Part shown: piece by piece, positions 1 to 13,768 of the stretch | Layout of the letters: each line of letters begins with the position of its first letter | How positions within the stretch are numbered: the stretch's first letter is position 1 | Source of the DNA: Mobula hypostoma | Lineage: Eukaryota | Assembly: GCF_963921235.1 (NCBI RefSeq) | Contig: NC_086107.1 | Coordinates: 104,038,001 to 104,102,000, forward strand | Direction: 5' to 3' | Length of the DNA stretch: 64,000 bases | Notes under the pieces: generated by a model | Seen by the model: only the letters and a program-made list of their open reading frames with translations | What the model was told of the DNA's origin: nothing | The model's database searches: none | Program-made: the position numbers and the translations under genes

Positions 1-309
1 TTCTGTGGAATTCGCTGCCACTGAAGATAGTGGAACCCAAGTCAGTGAGGCAGAGGTGGACAGAGTCTTGCTTGGTGGAGGGGTGAAGGTGGGAGAATGG
101 AGTTGAAAATGAAATCAATCGACTAAATGGCCAGTTTGATGGGCCAGTCGGCCTAAATCCGCTCCTGGCTTACTATCTGATGGAATCCGTCCTGTGCTGT
201 GATATCTTTTCTGAGTTAAGGGGCTAGAACTGTACCTGGTGCTCTAGATGTGATCTCACCAACACCACACAATTGTAGCAAGGCTTCATTTCCTTTACCT
301 CCACCTTCC

Positions 310-2060
310 CCCAACTCTACATGGACTCTACCTTGCAGAGGCCAGATGGCAACTCTTGGACACTGCCTCTTACTTACCACTTAACCAGAACCCTACTGAG
401 AAGCATCAGGCCACTGTCTCCCACCCCATCATCGACCTCATCACCTCTGGAGATCTCTCTGCAGCCTCCAACCTAATTGTTCCTCAGCCCTGCACTGCCT
501 GTACTACCTCCTTCTCAAGATCCACAAACAAAATTGCCCCAGTAGGCCCATTGCTTCTACCTGCTGCTGCCCTAATCAAACTTGTGTCCTTGTATCTCCA
601 GTCCATCTTGTGCCCTTGGTTCAGCCCCTTCCCACCTATATCCATGACACTTTCACCACTTCAACAACCTTCAGTTCCATGGCCGTGACCACCTCACTTT
701 TACCATGGACATCCAGTCTCTGTACACTTCTGTCCCCTTTCCCCCCCTATCAGGAAGTTCGAAGGGCTCTGTTCTTTCTTGAAGACAAGCCCAACCAGTT
801 TCCTCCACGAACACCCTCCTCTATCCAGCAACTTGCAGCTTGTCCTGCTTTCTCCAGACCCAAAGTGTAGTCATGGACACCTACATGGGACCATTTATGC
901 CTGGCTTTTCCTTGGCTGTGTGGCACTGTCCATGTTCCAAACCTACATGAGGAATGCTCCCCAACTGTTGTCTGCTACATTGACGACTGCATTGGTACTA
1001 ATTTCTGCAGCCATGCTGAGCTCGTCAATTTCAGCAATCTCACTCGCAACTTCCTCCTACTTCACTCCATCCACCTCTGACATCTCTGTCCCTTTTCTTG
1101 ATCTCTGTCTTCATCTTGGGAGACAAATTATCTACTGACAAGCCCACTGACACCCACAGTTACCTCGACTACACACCTTCCTACCTTGTTGCCTGCAAAG
1201 ATGCACTTCCCTCTTCTCAGTTCCTCACCCGCATGATGAAACTTCGTACTCCAGGACATGCGAGATGTCCTCCTTAACCAGAAAACAGGGGCACCACCCC
1301 CCTTTCCCACTGTTATTGATGCAGTCCTCATCTGTATCCCTTATGCATCCAACATACAATTCTCCGCAACTTCTCCAATGGGATCGGAGCACCAATTTTC
1401 ACCTCCCTTCCACCCTCTGCTTTCCGCAGGGATCACTCTCTCTGCAATTTGTTCGTGCCTCCCCACCGATTCTCTCTCCAGAAACTTATCCCTGGAACCG
1501 TGCTCAGTATTACATCTGCCCCTACCCCTCCTCCCTCAGGACCCGAAACAGATGAGACACTTGAATCCTTTGGTGTTATTTACTCGTATCCCTTTTGCCG
1601 ATCAACTGTCCAGCTCTTGGCTCCAGCCCTCCCCCTTCTGTCTTCTCCTATCATTTCAGGTCTCCCCCCCCCCCTCCCATTTTCAAATCTCTTACTATCT
1701 CTTCTTTCAGTTAGTCCTGGCGAAGGGTCTTGGCCCTAAACGTCGACTGTACCTCTTCCTAGAGATGCTGCCTGGCCTGCTGCGTTCACCAGCAACTTTT
1801 ATGTGTGTTGTGTGTAATTTACTGTGTCAGGTGCTCCAAATGTGACCTGCTCTACATCGATGAGACCAGATTCTGATTGGTGGGGGGCGCTGGAAATCGG
1901 TTCATCGACCACTGAGACCTCCTGGTGACCAACCATTTTAATTGCACTTCCCATTCCCAGACTGACAGGCATTTCTAGGGCCTCCTCTGCTGCCACGTTG
2001 AGGCTAGACACAAATTAGAGGAATGATGCACAATGAGGCACACTCATATTTTGTTTACAT
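310..2060 (+). mobile_element. Degenerate Penelope-like element (RT and GIY-YIG remnants) with a younger PLE terminal repeat inserted at about 1500-1810
   Basis: Frameshifted motifs KIHK..CP.RPI, PLVQPLPTYIHDT and FTMDIQSLYT (PLE RT), and CSKCDLLYI..T..HFN (GIY-YIG). Confidence 0.8.
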
Positions 2061-2114
2061 ACATCGCTCTGGCTGACGCCAATGAGGTTTTAAAGCTGTT
2101 CCGTTTCCTTTCAG

Positions 2115-2172
2115 CAGCAGGGCCGATGACTTCATCACTCCCTGTGGAGCGTGCAGGCAGGTCATGAGAGAG
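2115..2172 (+). CDS. CDA: Cytidine deaminase, penultimate exon (exon 3 equivalent, 58 nt)
   Basis: tttcctttcag acceptor and GAG|gtgaga donor. Translates (S)[19 protein letters not shown] with the PCxxC zinc motif, matching human CDA [20 protein letters not shown]. Earlier exons lie upstream of the window. Confidence 0.95.
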
Positions 2173-2307
2173 GTGAGATCTTGTGTCCAGTGTTTCCCAG
2201 TGGCCTGTGAGGCAGGCAGTGACCATGGGGCTCAGGCTGGGTTCTATTGGACATTCTGTGGGGTGGGGTCTGTAGTCTGTCCGGAATCTGGGGTCGTCAT
2301 TATTTAA

Positions 2308-2538
<231 letters not shown>

Positions 2539-2816
2539 CCCTGAGCAGACCTGGTGCGCATGGAGTTCAGAGCAGAAAATACAGTCTGGACACACGCTTT
2601 GTATAATTTTAAATTATATTTAATTCTGTTTGAAATGGTGATGTATTTGTGATGTTATGGTTTTGAATATTTGAAAAGTTCTAGACACAAATGATGTTGA
2701 ATTAGTTTTATTTCATGTAATATCACGAACAAAATTTCACCAACCACTCAGGCGATTTAGACTACATCACGCCAGCAGCTGGAATGAAGTTGTTGTACTA
2801 CTTGGGTGATTTTAGG

Positions 2817-3327
2817 ACATAGACCAGTACAGCACAGGAACAGGCCATTCCACCTGCAATGTTGTGCTAAACCAGCTGAAAAGTAAATCAAAAACACTCA
2901 AACACTAATCCCTCTACCTACACAATGCCCACGTCCCTCCATCTTCCTCACATCCAAACGTTTCTTAAAAGCCTCTAATGTACTTGCCTCTGCCACCATA
3001 CCAGGCAGCCACCACTCTCTGGGTAAAAACTTACCCCTTAATCCCCCCTGAACCTGTCCCCTCTCACTCTCTTGGTATTAGATGTTTCTACTCTGGGAAA
3101 CGGAAACTCTCTGCCCACTCTATCGATGCCTCTCATAATCTTATAAACTTCTATCAGATCTCCCTTCAGCCTCCAGTGCTCCATTGAAACAATCTAAGTT
3201 TATCCAGCCTCTCGTGATAGCACACGTCCTCTAAACCAGGCTGCATCCTGGTAAACCTCTTCTGCACCCTCTCCAAAGCCTCCACATCCTTCCTATGGTA
3301 GGGTGACCAGAACTGTCTGCAATACTC
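2817..3327 (-). mobile_element. CR1/HER1 LINE 3' fragment
   Basis: Similar to the 3' end of the CR1 at 15847-18757. Confidence 0.8.
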
Positions 3328-5087
3328 AGTTTTTGTGCATCTAACCTAGGACGGGGTGGCGGGGGTCTGAAAGTCAAAATGCAGAGGGAGCTTTACTCTG
3401 TGTTTAGCCTGTGTGGTACCTACTCCAGAAGTGGCAGAGCTTTGGACTGTGTCTAATTCATGGCGTACCCTCCACGGAGTTTAATGATAGTGTAGAGTTC
3501 TGGTCCATGGTGTATCTGAACTGGGAGTGTCTGAGGAACATTTAATGTTCTGTATCCGACCGGGGCTGTACCCCCCACTGGGAATATCTTATGGGTGATG
3601 TCTCTGTGCCCGCATTACTTTTGTCCACTCAACTCTGGACCTCAGGACCCTTGGTAATGCTTAGTGGAAAGGAGTAGAAGGAGCTTTCTAACCTGTCTTG
3701 TTTTCATGGGTGGGGAAGAGCGTAGAGCAGGAGTTCCCAACCTTTTCTTTTAAACAAAACTACAAAAGTTTATTTACGCCTAAGTGCACAAAATACAAAC
3801 ATGACGAATTTTTAAAAATTCATTTTCGGGATGTGGGCATTGCTGGCATTTACAGCCCATCCCTGTTTTACAGGACAATGAACCCATTCAAATTAAAATA
3901 TGACTATTACTGTCTATAAAACAGTTTCCGGAAATTCCCCACTGCTCCCTCTCCAAGGACACTAGGGCATAAACTTTACCCTGGAAGAGGGGCAGGCGGG
4001 CGGCCCTGGTGGAGTTCTCAACTGTCTGCCGCCCGGACCTGTGAATGGCCACCTTGGCCGGGCCCAGGAGTAAGCCCACCAGTAGACCTCCCGAGTGACA
4101 CCCCCCCCCCCACCCCCGTCCTGGGTGCCCATGTATCAGGAGCGCGGGGCTGAAGTGTGACCAAGTCTTGAGGAGCAGCCCCTTCAGATATTGGTTACCA
4201 ACTTTTTTTTATGCCGTGGGCCAATACCATTCAGCAAGGGCCCTGTGGACCCCAAGTTGGGAAGTCCTGATGTAGAGGGAGCATCGCTCTGTAGATATCT
4301 GTACACACTGGTTTGCAGGGGGAGATGTCCAATAGAGGGAGGTGTAAAGGGAGCCTTGCTCTCTCTGTACCCACACTTTCCACCCTGAGAACATTGGGTC
4401 AGTGTGGTGGGAGATTTCCTCTTTATCAAAGCTGTGCTGTGTCCGCCCTGGGCGTCTCTAATAGGGTCAGCGTGGAGAAAGCTTCACTCTGTGCCTGGTC
4501 TTCCTGCCTATTCCCATCCATTCATCTCTGGAGCTCCAGGCTTTGGTCCAAAGCAGCATAAAGAGAGCTGAAATCCAGAGTGAGCTGACAGTGTTTGACA
4601 GAGTACAGCGTCAAGGTGTCTGGGGAACGGAACAGAATGAGATTTGGGGGAAAGTGTCCGTGGACCGGATCACAACCGGCTATGGCGGGATGTGAATTAC
4701 CTCCAGGATTTTAGTCAACTACACTCGACTCTATCCAGCTGATCCAGCAGCGGCAATCTCTTCAGGGTAAGGAGGTGAATCCCCCTTTGATAACTGCACG
4801 CTCTCCCCTTCCACTCACGACTCCTTGGTGTGTCAGTCTCCAGGTCGGAAACTTAACAGCAGCCACCACATCAGAGCGTGGAAACAGGCACTTCGACCCA
4901 GCTCATCCAGGCCATCGAGTTACCCACCTCAGCTGCTCCCGCTTGGCCTATATCCTTCTCAACATTTCCTATCCATGTCCCCGTCTAAATGTGCAGTAAA
5001 GATCACCCCCCCTCCCCTCCCCTCCACAGCCTCCTCTGGCAGCTTGTTCCATATACACACCTCCTGCTGTGTGAGAGAATTCTACTC

Positions 5088-5590
5088 CACACACACAAAA
5101 TGCTGGTGAACGCAGCAGGCCAGGCAGCATCTCTAGGAAGAGGTACAGTCGATGTTTCGGGCCGAGACCCTTCATCAGGACTAACTGAAAGAAGAGTGAG
5201 TAAGAGATTTGAAAGTGGGAGGGGGAGGGGGAGATCCAAAATGATAGGAGAAGACAGGAGGGGGAGGGATGGAGCCAAGAGCTGGACAGGTCATTGGCAA
5301 AAGGGATACGAGAGGATCATGGGATAGGAGGCCCAGGGAGAAGGAAAGGGGGAGCAGAGCCCAGAGGATGGGCAAGGGGTATAGTGATAGGGACAGAGGG
5401 AGAAAAGAGAGAGAGAGAGAAAGGGAAAAAATTTAAAAATAATAAATAAATAAATAAATAAATAAATAAGGAGTCGGGTAAGAAGGGGAGGAGGGGCATT
5501 AACGGAAGTTAGAGAAGTCAATGTTCATGCCATCAGGTTGGAGGCTACCCAGACGGAATATAAGGTGTTGTTCCTCCAACCTGAGTGTGG
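5088..5590 (-). mobile_element. Penelope-like element 3' end with hammerhead motif
   Basis: GIY-YIG tail (LEEQHLIFRLGSLQPDGMNIDFSNF), pyrimidine-rich UTR and a CTGATGA..GAAA core. Near-identical to 58425-58895. Confidence 0.85.
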
Positions 5591-7125
5591 CACACAAAAT
5601 GCTGGTGGAACGCAGCAGGCCAGGCAGCATCTATGGGACACAGTCCACGGTCTTTTTTTCTGCTACAATGAGCCACTCTCAGGTTACAGGAGCGATGTCT
5701 CATACTCCATCTAGGTATCCTCCAACCTGATAGCATCAGCATTGATTTCTCCAGCCTCTGATAATTCTTTCCCCTCCCCTTCCCTTTTCTTCAATTTCTA
5801 TTCTCCCCCCCCCCTTGTTTTATCTCATCTCCTCATATACTCCTCCCCCGATGTCCCCCCTCCTTCTGTTTCTCCAATGGTCCACTCTCCTTTCCTATCA
5901 GATTCCTTCTTCAACAGCCCTCTACCTTTTCCACCTTTCACTTCCCTGCGTCTTACTTCATCCCCCCCACCTTCCCTCCCACTTGGCTTCACCTTTCACC
6001 TCCATGCCCCCCCACCTCCTTATTCTAACATCTTCCCCCTTCCTTTCTCCTGATGAAGCATTTCAGCCTGAAACGTCCACCCTTTATTCATTTCCACAGA
6101 TGCTGCCTGACCTTCTGAGTTTGTGCAGCATTTTGTGTGTGTTACTCTGGATTTCCAGCATCATTAATGTATACCCGGAAGTTAGAGAAGTCAATGTTAG
6201 TCCCCACCTCCCCTTCATACCCCTTCCATCCATCCATTTATTTATTTAACAACCAATGTGCAAAAGTCAACAAGCTGTGCAAATACTAAAAAAACAAACA
6301 AAATAATAAATAATAAACAAACACAAACAAACAAACAAGCAAGCAAGCAGTAAATATCGAGAACATGAGATGAAGAGTCCCTGAAAGTGAGTTTATAAGT
6401 TGTAGGAATAGTTCGGTGTTGGGGTGAGTGAAGTTACCCTCTGGTTCAAGAGCCGGACCCTGGTGGTGTTGGTCCTGAGGCTCCCGTACCGTCTTCCTGA
6501 TGGCAGCAGCGAGAAGAGACGAGAGGAGAGCGGCCTTTCATCGCCCTTCGCTCCGAGGAGCAAAGTCCGAGCTCGCTCAATTTAACAGGAAACTTTCCAC
6601 CGAACCCAGGCCGCGTCTGCACCCGGAGGAACTTCACTCTGTGTTTAATCTGGGCCCCTCGGCTCCCATTGGCTTACTCTCCACTCGCCGGATGGTGATG
6701 CTCCCTAAATACTCCACACAACTGAGGTACAAAGCAGTCCTGAAGGTTTGCTCCTTCCTCTACCAGAGTACGTGACGTCTATGAAAAGGATTGCATCTAG
6801 GGACCTAACTAATCCAACATCCTCTCACAAACCGAGCAACACACACAAAATGCTGGCCCGAAACGTCGACTGTACTTTTTTTTTTCCATAGACGCTGCCT
6901 GGCCTGCTGAGTTCCTCCAGCATTTCGTGTGTGTTGCTCGGATTTCCAGCAGGTGCACTGTGTTTGTTGTTTGACCCTGTCACAAACCCGATCCCCTCAC
7001 TAAGGGAGACAAAGGCAGCGGACGCACGGGAACACCGCCTGCAGAATACTTCCTTCCATGTCACACGCCCCCTGACTTGGGCACATCGCCGTGGCTCTCT
7101 GATTCCTCGATCCAAAGCCATTAAT

Positions 7126-7872
7126 AATTTTGAGGAGAATGGCATGTTGGCCTTTATAATAAGGGGAGTTGAGTATAGGAGCAAAGAGGTCCTTCTGCAG
7201 TGTACAAGGCCCTGGTGAGACCCCACCTGGAGTATTGTGTGCAGTTTTGGTCTCCAAATTTGAGGAAGGACATTCTTGCTATGGACGGAGTACAGCGCAG
7301 GTTCACTGGTTTAATTCCAGGGATGGCGAGAATGTCATATGTTGAAAGATTGGAGCGATTGGGCTTGTATACACTGGAATTTAGAAGGATGAGAGGGGAT
7401 CTGATTGAAACATATAAGATTATTAAGGGATTGGACACACTAGAGGCAGGAAACATGTTCCGGATGTTGGGTGGGGGGGGGGGTCCAGAACCAGAGGCTA
7501 CAGTTTAAGAATAAGGGGTAGACCATTTAGAATGGAGTTGAGGAAAAACTTTTTCACACAGAGGGTTGTGGATCTGTGGAATGCTCTGCCTCAGAAGGTA
7601 GTGGAGGCCAATTCTCTGGATTCTTTCAAGAAAGAGTTAGATAGAGCTCTTAAAGATGGACTCAAATGCAAGAGGTACTAGAAATATAGAATGCACATCA
7701 CCATTATTGAAGAGTTAAATATTAAAAGCAGCAGACTTGGCAGTTACTTGGAGTCAAGGGATACGGGGAGAAGGCAGGAACGGTACTGATTGTGGATGAT
7801 CAGCTATGATCACAGTGAATGGTGGTGCTGGCTCGAAGGGCCAAATGGCCTACTCCTGCACCTATTGTCTAT
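7126..7872 (+). mobile_element. CR1/HER1 LINE 3' fragment
   Basis: YKALVRPHLEYCVQFWSP..RRMRGDLIETYKI. Confidence 0.9.
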
Positions 7873-7971
7873 TCCTTCACGGGGATTGCCGAGGTTAAGA
7901 ATGTTGCTCTCTGGCGCCACCTCGTGGGAATTTGCGGATGTGCAATCCTGCCGGTGGTACCCAGTGAGGCT

Positions 7972-8866
7972 AGTCATAGTCAGACTTTATTGATTCCGAG
8001 GAAAATTGGTTTTCGTTACAGTTGCACCATAAATAATTAAATAGTAATAAAACCATAAATAATTAAATAGTAATATGTAAATTATGCCAGGAAATAAGTC
8101 CAGGACCAGCCTATTGGCTCAGGGTGTCTGACCCTCCAAGGGAGGAGTTGTAAAGTTTGATGGCCACAGGCAGGAATGACTTCCTGTGACGCTCTGTGTT
8201 GCATCTCGGTGGAATGAGTCTCTGACTGAATGTACTCCTGTTCCCACCCAGTACATTATGTAGTGGATGGGAGACATTGTCCAAGATGGCATGCAACTTG
8301 GACAGCATCCTCTTTTCAGACACCACCGTGAGAGAGTCCAGTTCCATCCCCACAACATCACTGGCCTTATGAATGGGTTTGTTGATTCTGTTGGTGTCTG
8401 CTACCCTCAGCCTGCTGCCCCAGCACACAACAGCAAACATGATCGCACTGGCCACCACAGACTCGTAGAACATCCTCAGCATCGTCCGGCAGATGTTAAA
8501 GGACCTCAGTCTCCTCAGGAAATAGAGACGGCTCTGACCCTTCTTGTAGACAGCCTCAGTGTTCTTTGACCAGTCCAGTTTATTGTCAATTCGTATCCCC
8601 AGGTATTTGTAATCCTCCACCATGTCCACACTGACCCCCTGGATGGAAACAGGCGTCACCGGTGCCTTAGCTCTCCTCAGGTCTATCACTGGCTCCTTAG
8701 TCTTTTTCACATTAAGCTGCAGATAATTCTGCTCACACCATGTGACAAAGTTTCCTACCGTAGCCCTGTACTCAGCCTCATCTCCCTTGCTGATGCATCC
8801 AACTATGGCAGAGTCATCAGAAAACTTCTGAAGATGACAAGACTCTGTGCAGTAGTTGAAGTCCGT
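7972..8866 (-). mobile_element. Rex1/Babar-like LINE, 5'-truncated
   Basis: FSDDSAIVG RT motif, then KTKE.VIDLRR..YKYLG..KKGQSRLYFLRRLRSF..SFLPVAIKLYN; short-repeat (GACTAT-type) tail. Confidence 0.9.
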
Positions 8867-10334
8867 AAATGGTGAAGAGAAATGGTGAAGAGGCTATTCC
8901 TATATTACCAATGCCCAATTTATGGACACCCCTACATACAAGTGAGCTCCCATATTATTAAATTCAAAAATCCAACATCTGTACAAATATATGTTTCTAG
9001 AAAGAGCAGAATTAGTTTCCTCTCTTAGTTGTAGTAAAATCGTTTATTATTAGTGTTTTGTAGTTTTTCAGTATTCTGGAGGTATGGTATACAACATTAG
9101 CATGGTAGCCTGGAATTAGCACAACAGTTTATAGTGCAGGTGGTGTGGGTTCAATTCCTACTGAGGCCTGTAAGGAGTTTGTACATTCTCCCCGTAACCG
9201 CTTTGGTTTCCTCCCAAAGACCCACTGCTGGTAAGGTTAGTTGTCCAAGGATTAATTTGGGAATTGTTTTTTTTATTTGAGTTGGCGGATCGATGTTTTT
9301 TTTTAAATGGGAGCTTGTATGGCGTATAGCTCCAGGGTTGTGCTCCCGATGTTTTTTTTAAAAAATTTTTTTGTTTGCAGGGTTTTTTTGTTTTAGTTAG
9401 TAGGGGTTCTTTTTTTTCCTCTTTTTCCTTAAAAAATATTCTTAACACTTTATTTTTCCTTCTTATTATTGATATATTGTTTTGCTTTGTTAATCAGTTA
9501 TTTGGTAATTTAATTCCTCATTGTACATATTGACATGTTGACTTGATTACCGTCAAGTATTTTTTTTGTTCAATAATAATTAATCAAAAAGATTTTAAAA
9601 ATGAAATTTGGGAATTGCTGGGTGGTGTGGCGCAAGGGGCCGGAAGAGTCGTATCTGAACACATAAATAAATATTGAGCGAATTTTGTGTATTTCATGAC
9701 AAGGATAAAACTTATGGACCCTGTACAAATGGAACCCGTCTGTTAGTCTGTAACTGAATGGTAAAAAAATATAATATGTTCTGTTCCCACCCTGGTACTG
9801 TGAGATGGAGCAGTGAGATGGGTCCTACACTAAACCCATGCAGGCCCTGCCCTCAAAGTGCCGAATAATTATGTTATAAATAGTATTGTGTTATATATTG
9901 ATCATATTTCCAAAGGGCAAGGTGGTGTGGGTTTTGGGGCAGATGTGGCGCAGGAGCTCTTGTTAGCTTGGGTTTTGGACACTGCTCCAATTACCGCCCG
10001 TGCCCAGTTCACTGACCTGAGCGTGGGCCATCTGAGCAAACTATCAGGTGGGCAGCTGAGGTATCAGGTGAAGCCTCCCCTGGGGTTATCAGGTGGGCAT
10101 CGGGCGCATATTGTAGGGATAGAGAAAGTGTAAAAACTGAAACAGGGGCAGGGAGAAAATCTGTGTATCAGAAATCCAAAGTCATCTGTAGATTAGTCCT
10201 GCCGAAGGGCTTCGGCCCGAAACGTTTACTGTAATTTTTTTCCATAGATGCTGCCTGGCCTGCTGAGTTCCTCTGGCATTTTGTGTGTGTTCCTCGGATT
10301 TCCAGCACCTACAGATTTTCTCTTGTTTGTTAGT

Positions 10335-11304
10335 TTAACAATGAGTGGTTTTACGAGGCCTCCAAGAGGCCCACAACCTTATTGTGGTTTGGAGGCTTGT
10401 GTGCCTCAGTGACCCAGAGAGCGATGCAGGCTGGAGTCAGGGCTTTGTGTTTTGGCCCTCGGTAGGGTCACCCATGCCAAACAGGTCAGAGGACAGATTG
10501 AGAGTGGCCCACCGGTCCTCCAGGTTCGGGGGTTCAGCTCAGGGCTAACAACTCTGACTGGTGAAACAAAACTGTTATGGAAACAGCAATGAAGAATCCT
10601 CCTACATCAGAGTGTGACGGTATTCCTGAGTCTCATAGCCATACTTTATTGATCCTGGGGGAAATTGGTTTTCATTACAGTTGTACCATAAATAATTAAG
10701 TAGTAATAAAACCATAAATAATTAAATAGTAATATGTAAATTATGCCAAGAAATAGTCCAGAACCAGCCTATTGGCTCAGGGTGTCTGACCCTCCAAGGG
10801 AGGAGTTGTAAAGTTTGATGGCCACAGGCAGGAATGACTTCCTATGACGCTCTGTGTTGCATCTCGGTAGAATGAGTCTCTGGCTGAATGTACTCCTGTG
10901 CCCACCCAGTACATTATGTAGTGGATGGGAGACATTGTCCAAGATGGCATGCAACTTAGACAGCATCCTCTTTTCAGACACCACCGTCAGAGAGTCCAGT
11001 TCCATCCCCACAACATCACTGGCCTTACGAATGAGTTTGTTGATTCTGTTGGTGTCTGCTACCCTCAGCCTGCTGCCCCAGCACACAACAGCAAACATGA
11101 TAGCACTGGCCACCACAGACTCGTAGAACATCATCAGCATCGTCCGGCAGATGTTAAAGGACCCCACCCGGGCGCTGCATGACTGACAGTAGTGAAAACC
11201 GAGAGGAAGCTACTGACACGATGAAGGAAGCCCTGAACACCACCAGAGATGGAGGATCTTCATTGCTGCCCGAAACACCAGCGGTGTAATGGGCAGTAAG
11301 TAAG
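10335..11304 (+). mobile_element. Probable non-autonomous RTE-type element split by a Rex1-like insertion
   Basis: RTE-like 5' UTR motifs (ggtagggtcacccatgcc, gggctaacaac) at 10335-10632 and an RTE-like 3' end with (GTAA)n tail at 11163-11304. Family assigned from recalled resemblance only. Confidence 0.5.
10633..11162 (-). mobile_element. Rex1/Babar-like LINE 3' fragment
   Basis: Near-identical to 7972-8866 (..SSLGGSDTLSQ*). Confidence 0.9.
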
Positions 11305-12177
11305 GTTGTAGGAGCAAAGGTGTGGGCAAATAGGGGACGCAAAAGAAAATACGAGCATCTGTCTCTATCAGAGAGGAAGCTCTTTGATCCAAGACCCGGG
11401 GGGTAATAGGGAAGCTGGATCTACTTCAAATAAATGTGGCTGGGTCTGGGTGGGAGGTCTGCTTTGGTCAGAAATGCTGGCTGTTACCTTTCAACCCTCC
11501 TTAGACGTGTCAGGAACCCAGATTTTAGTCCCTCATATCCAGAGAGGAACTGAAAGCTCAGTAAAAAAAATAAGAAAGTATAAACCCATATGTAAACTCA
11601 GAAAGGTTAGCAGTAGGAAGGACAGAAGGCTGAAGACCGCAGAGTCAAATGCTGGAGGAACAACGTGGACAGTCAATGTTTTGGATCGAGACACTTCAAC
11701 TGGATTGATGCACGGAGGGGAGGTAGCCAGTATTAAAAGGTAGAGAGGTCAACTCCTCTCCCACCTTTCACCATCCACTCCTTCTCTTCACATTTTGATG
11801 CTGGCTGTCTCCCCTCTACCTTTCAGAGCAGATGAAGGTTGGCAGTGATATCATTACTGGCACAGGGCATTTACCAACATGATTTCTATACTGAACACCA
11901 TTTTAACATCTGCGGGGACAGCCAAGAGTGGTAATAACCAGGAGGATTGTGAAAGAGTTCAAGATGACATGTACATACTGTTGGACCAGATCCTTGCAAT
12001 CCAACAAAGGATGGTAAAGAGGCAAGTTTTACCAGAAAGAACAAGGCAATAGAACAGTGTAACACACACAAAGTACTGAAGGAACTTAGCAGGTCAGGCA
12101 GCATCCATGGTAAAGAGTAAACAGTCGACGTTCAGGCCACGATCCTTCATCAGGACTGGAAAGGAAGGAAGGAGGGG

Positions 12178-12402
12178 AGGGGACGTTGACTCAGACCATG
12201 AGGGGCCTGCCTCGGGCATTTTCATGCCTTACAAGGCGCAGATTGGAAGTCTGTGTGGGGCGCCACTCCTCGCACAGACACTAGAGCAATGTGTGATTAA
12301 GTGCCTTGCTCAAGGACACAAACACGCTGCCACAGCTGAGGCTCAAACTAGCGACCTTCAGATCACTAGACGAACGCCTTAACCACTTGGCCACGTGCCC
12401 AA
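12178..12402 (-). mobile_element. tRNA-derived SINE with CORE-like body, inserted in a PLE fragment
   Basis: A box tggccaagtgg, B box-like agtttgagcc, body ccttgagcaaggcacttaa. Second copy at 41127-41360. Confidence 0.8.
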
Positions 12403-12989
12403 GGAAGGGAGGAGTCAGACTAAAAAGGTGGGGGGAGGGGAGGAAGATGTACAAGGTGGCAGGTGATAGGTGAAACCGGGCGAGGGTGAGAAGGGTGAAA
12501 TAAAGAGCCGTGAAATTGATTGATGAAAGAGATAAAGGGCTGGATGGGTTGGGGAATCTGATAGAAGATAGAAGACTATGGAAGAAAGGGAAGGGGCAGG
12601 AGCACCAGTGCTTTCGATTTCCAGCATCTGCAGATCTTCTGGTGCTTGTGAGTGGAACAGAAAGGGTTGAATTCTAAAATGGTGCAGAAATAGAAATAGT
12701 GTCCATGTGTAGAAACTCTTCATGGTGGTAAGAGAGACTAAGGAAATGATTTCAAAAGCATGTAGGTGGAGCAGGGAGCAGTCCGGGAGGTGTCTGGATA
12801 TCCCACCAGGTCCTGGGAGGCCACTCTGCTGGTTTAGGAAGAGGTGCTGGGAACCACAGAACCAGGAAGCTCTACGATGGAAGGTCACATGATTGACACT
12901 GGCTCAGTGACAACAAGAGCACATGCATGAGATAGCTTTGTATCTCAGTTTCAGCCACCTCACTGTGAATCATCTGCAGCTCAGAACAC

Positions 12990-13440
12990 AGATGAGGCCA
13001 CACCCAGGTTGGAGGAACAATACATATTCTGTTTGGGTAGCCTCCAACCCGATGGCATGAACATTGATTTCTCAAACTTCTGGTCATGTTCCGCCCCCTT
13101 CTCCTTCACTATTTTCCATCCCCTTTTCCCTCTCTCACATCTTCTTGCCTATCCATCGCCTCCCTCTGGTGCTCCTCCCCCCTTTTCCTTCTTCCATGGC
13201 CCTCTGTCTCTTTCAACAATCAACTTCCCAGCTCTTTACTTCAACCCCACCACCCCACCGCTCCAGGTTTCACCTATCACCTGGTTGTTCTCTCTCCCCT
13301 CCTACCACCTTTTAAATCTACTCCTCAGCTTTTTTCCCTCCAGTCCTGCCAAAGGGTTTCAGCCCGAAACGTCGACTGTACTCTTTTGTCCATAGATGCT
13401 GCCTGGCCTGCTGGGTTCCTCCAGCATTTTGTGTGTGTTG
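12990..13440 (+). mobile_element. Penelope-like element 3' end
   Basis: LEEQYIFCLGSLQPDGMNIDFSNF and a degenerate hammerhead motif. Confidence 0.8.
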
Positions 13441-13768
13441 ATCAGAACAAGCAAATGGGGACTGTTTTGGAAACTTGACATCTTAAGGAAGGGACAGTCT
13501 GATAAATTGTGAAAGAATAAACAGACCCTATGATAAGGAGCAAATGCTTCAGGTAAATTGCAGGAAGGCGTCAGCAGTTTTGAAAGGGTTAAATCAGGGA
13601 GCCCTAACCTGGGGTCCGCGGACCCCTCAGTTAATGGTAGGGTTCCATGGCATAAGTATGATTGGGAACCCCTGGATTAAATAAACATTCATATGGATAA
13701 GGACAGGACTTGTAGCTGTACAGTTGGCAATAAAGAACCAAGCAATATCTCTAAAGTATGCAAAGAAA

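Noticed and set aside
8111..8710. Repeated ..GGSDTLSQ ORFs as a host gene family
   Set aside because: They are the C-terminal part of a LINE RT protein, variably 5'-truncated with repeat tails.
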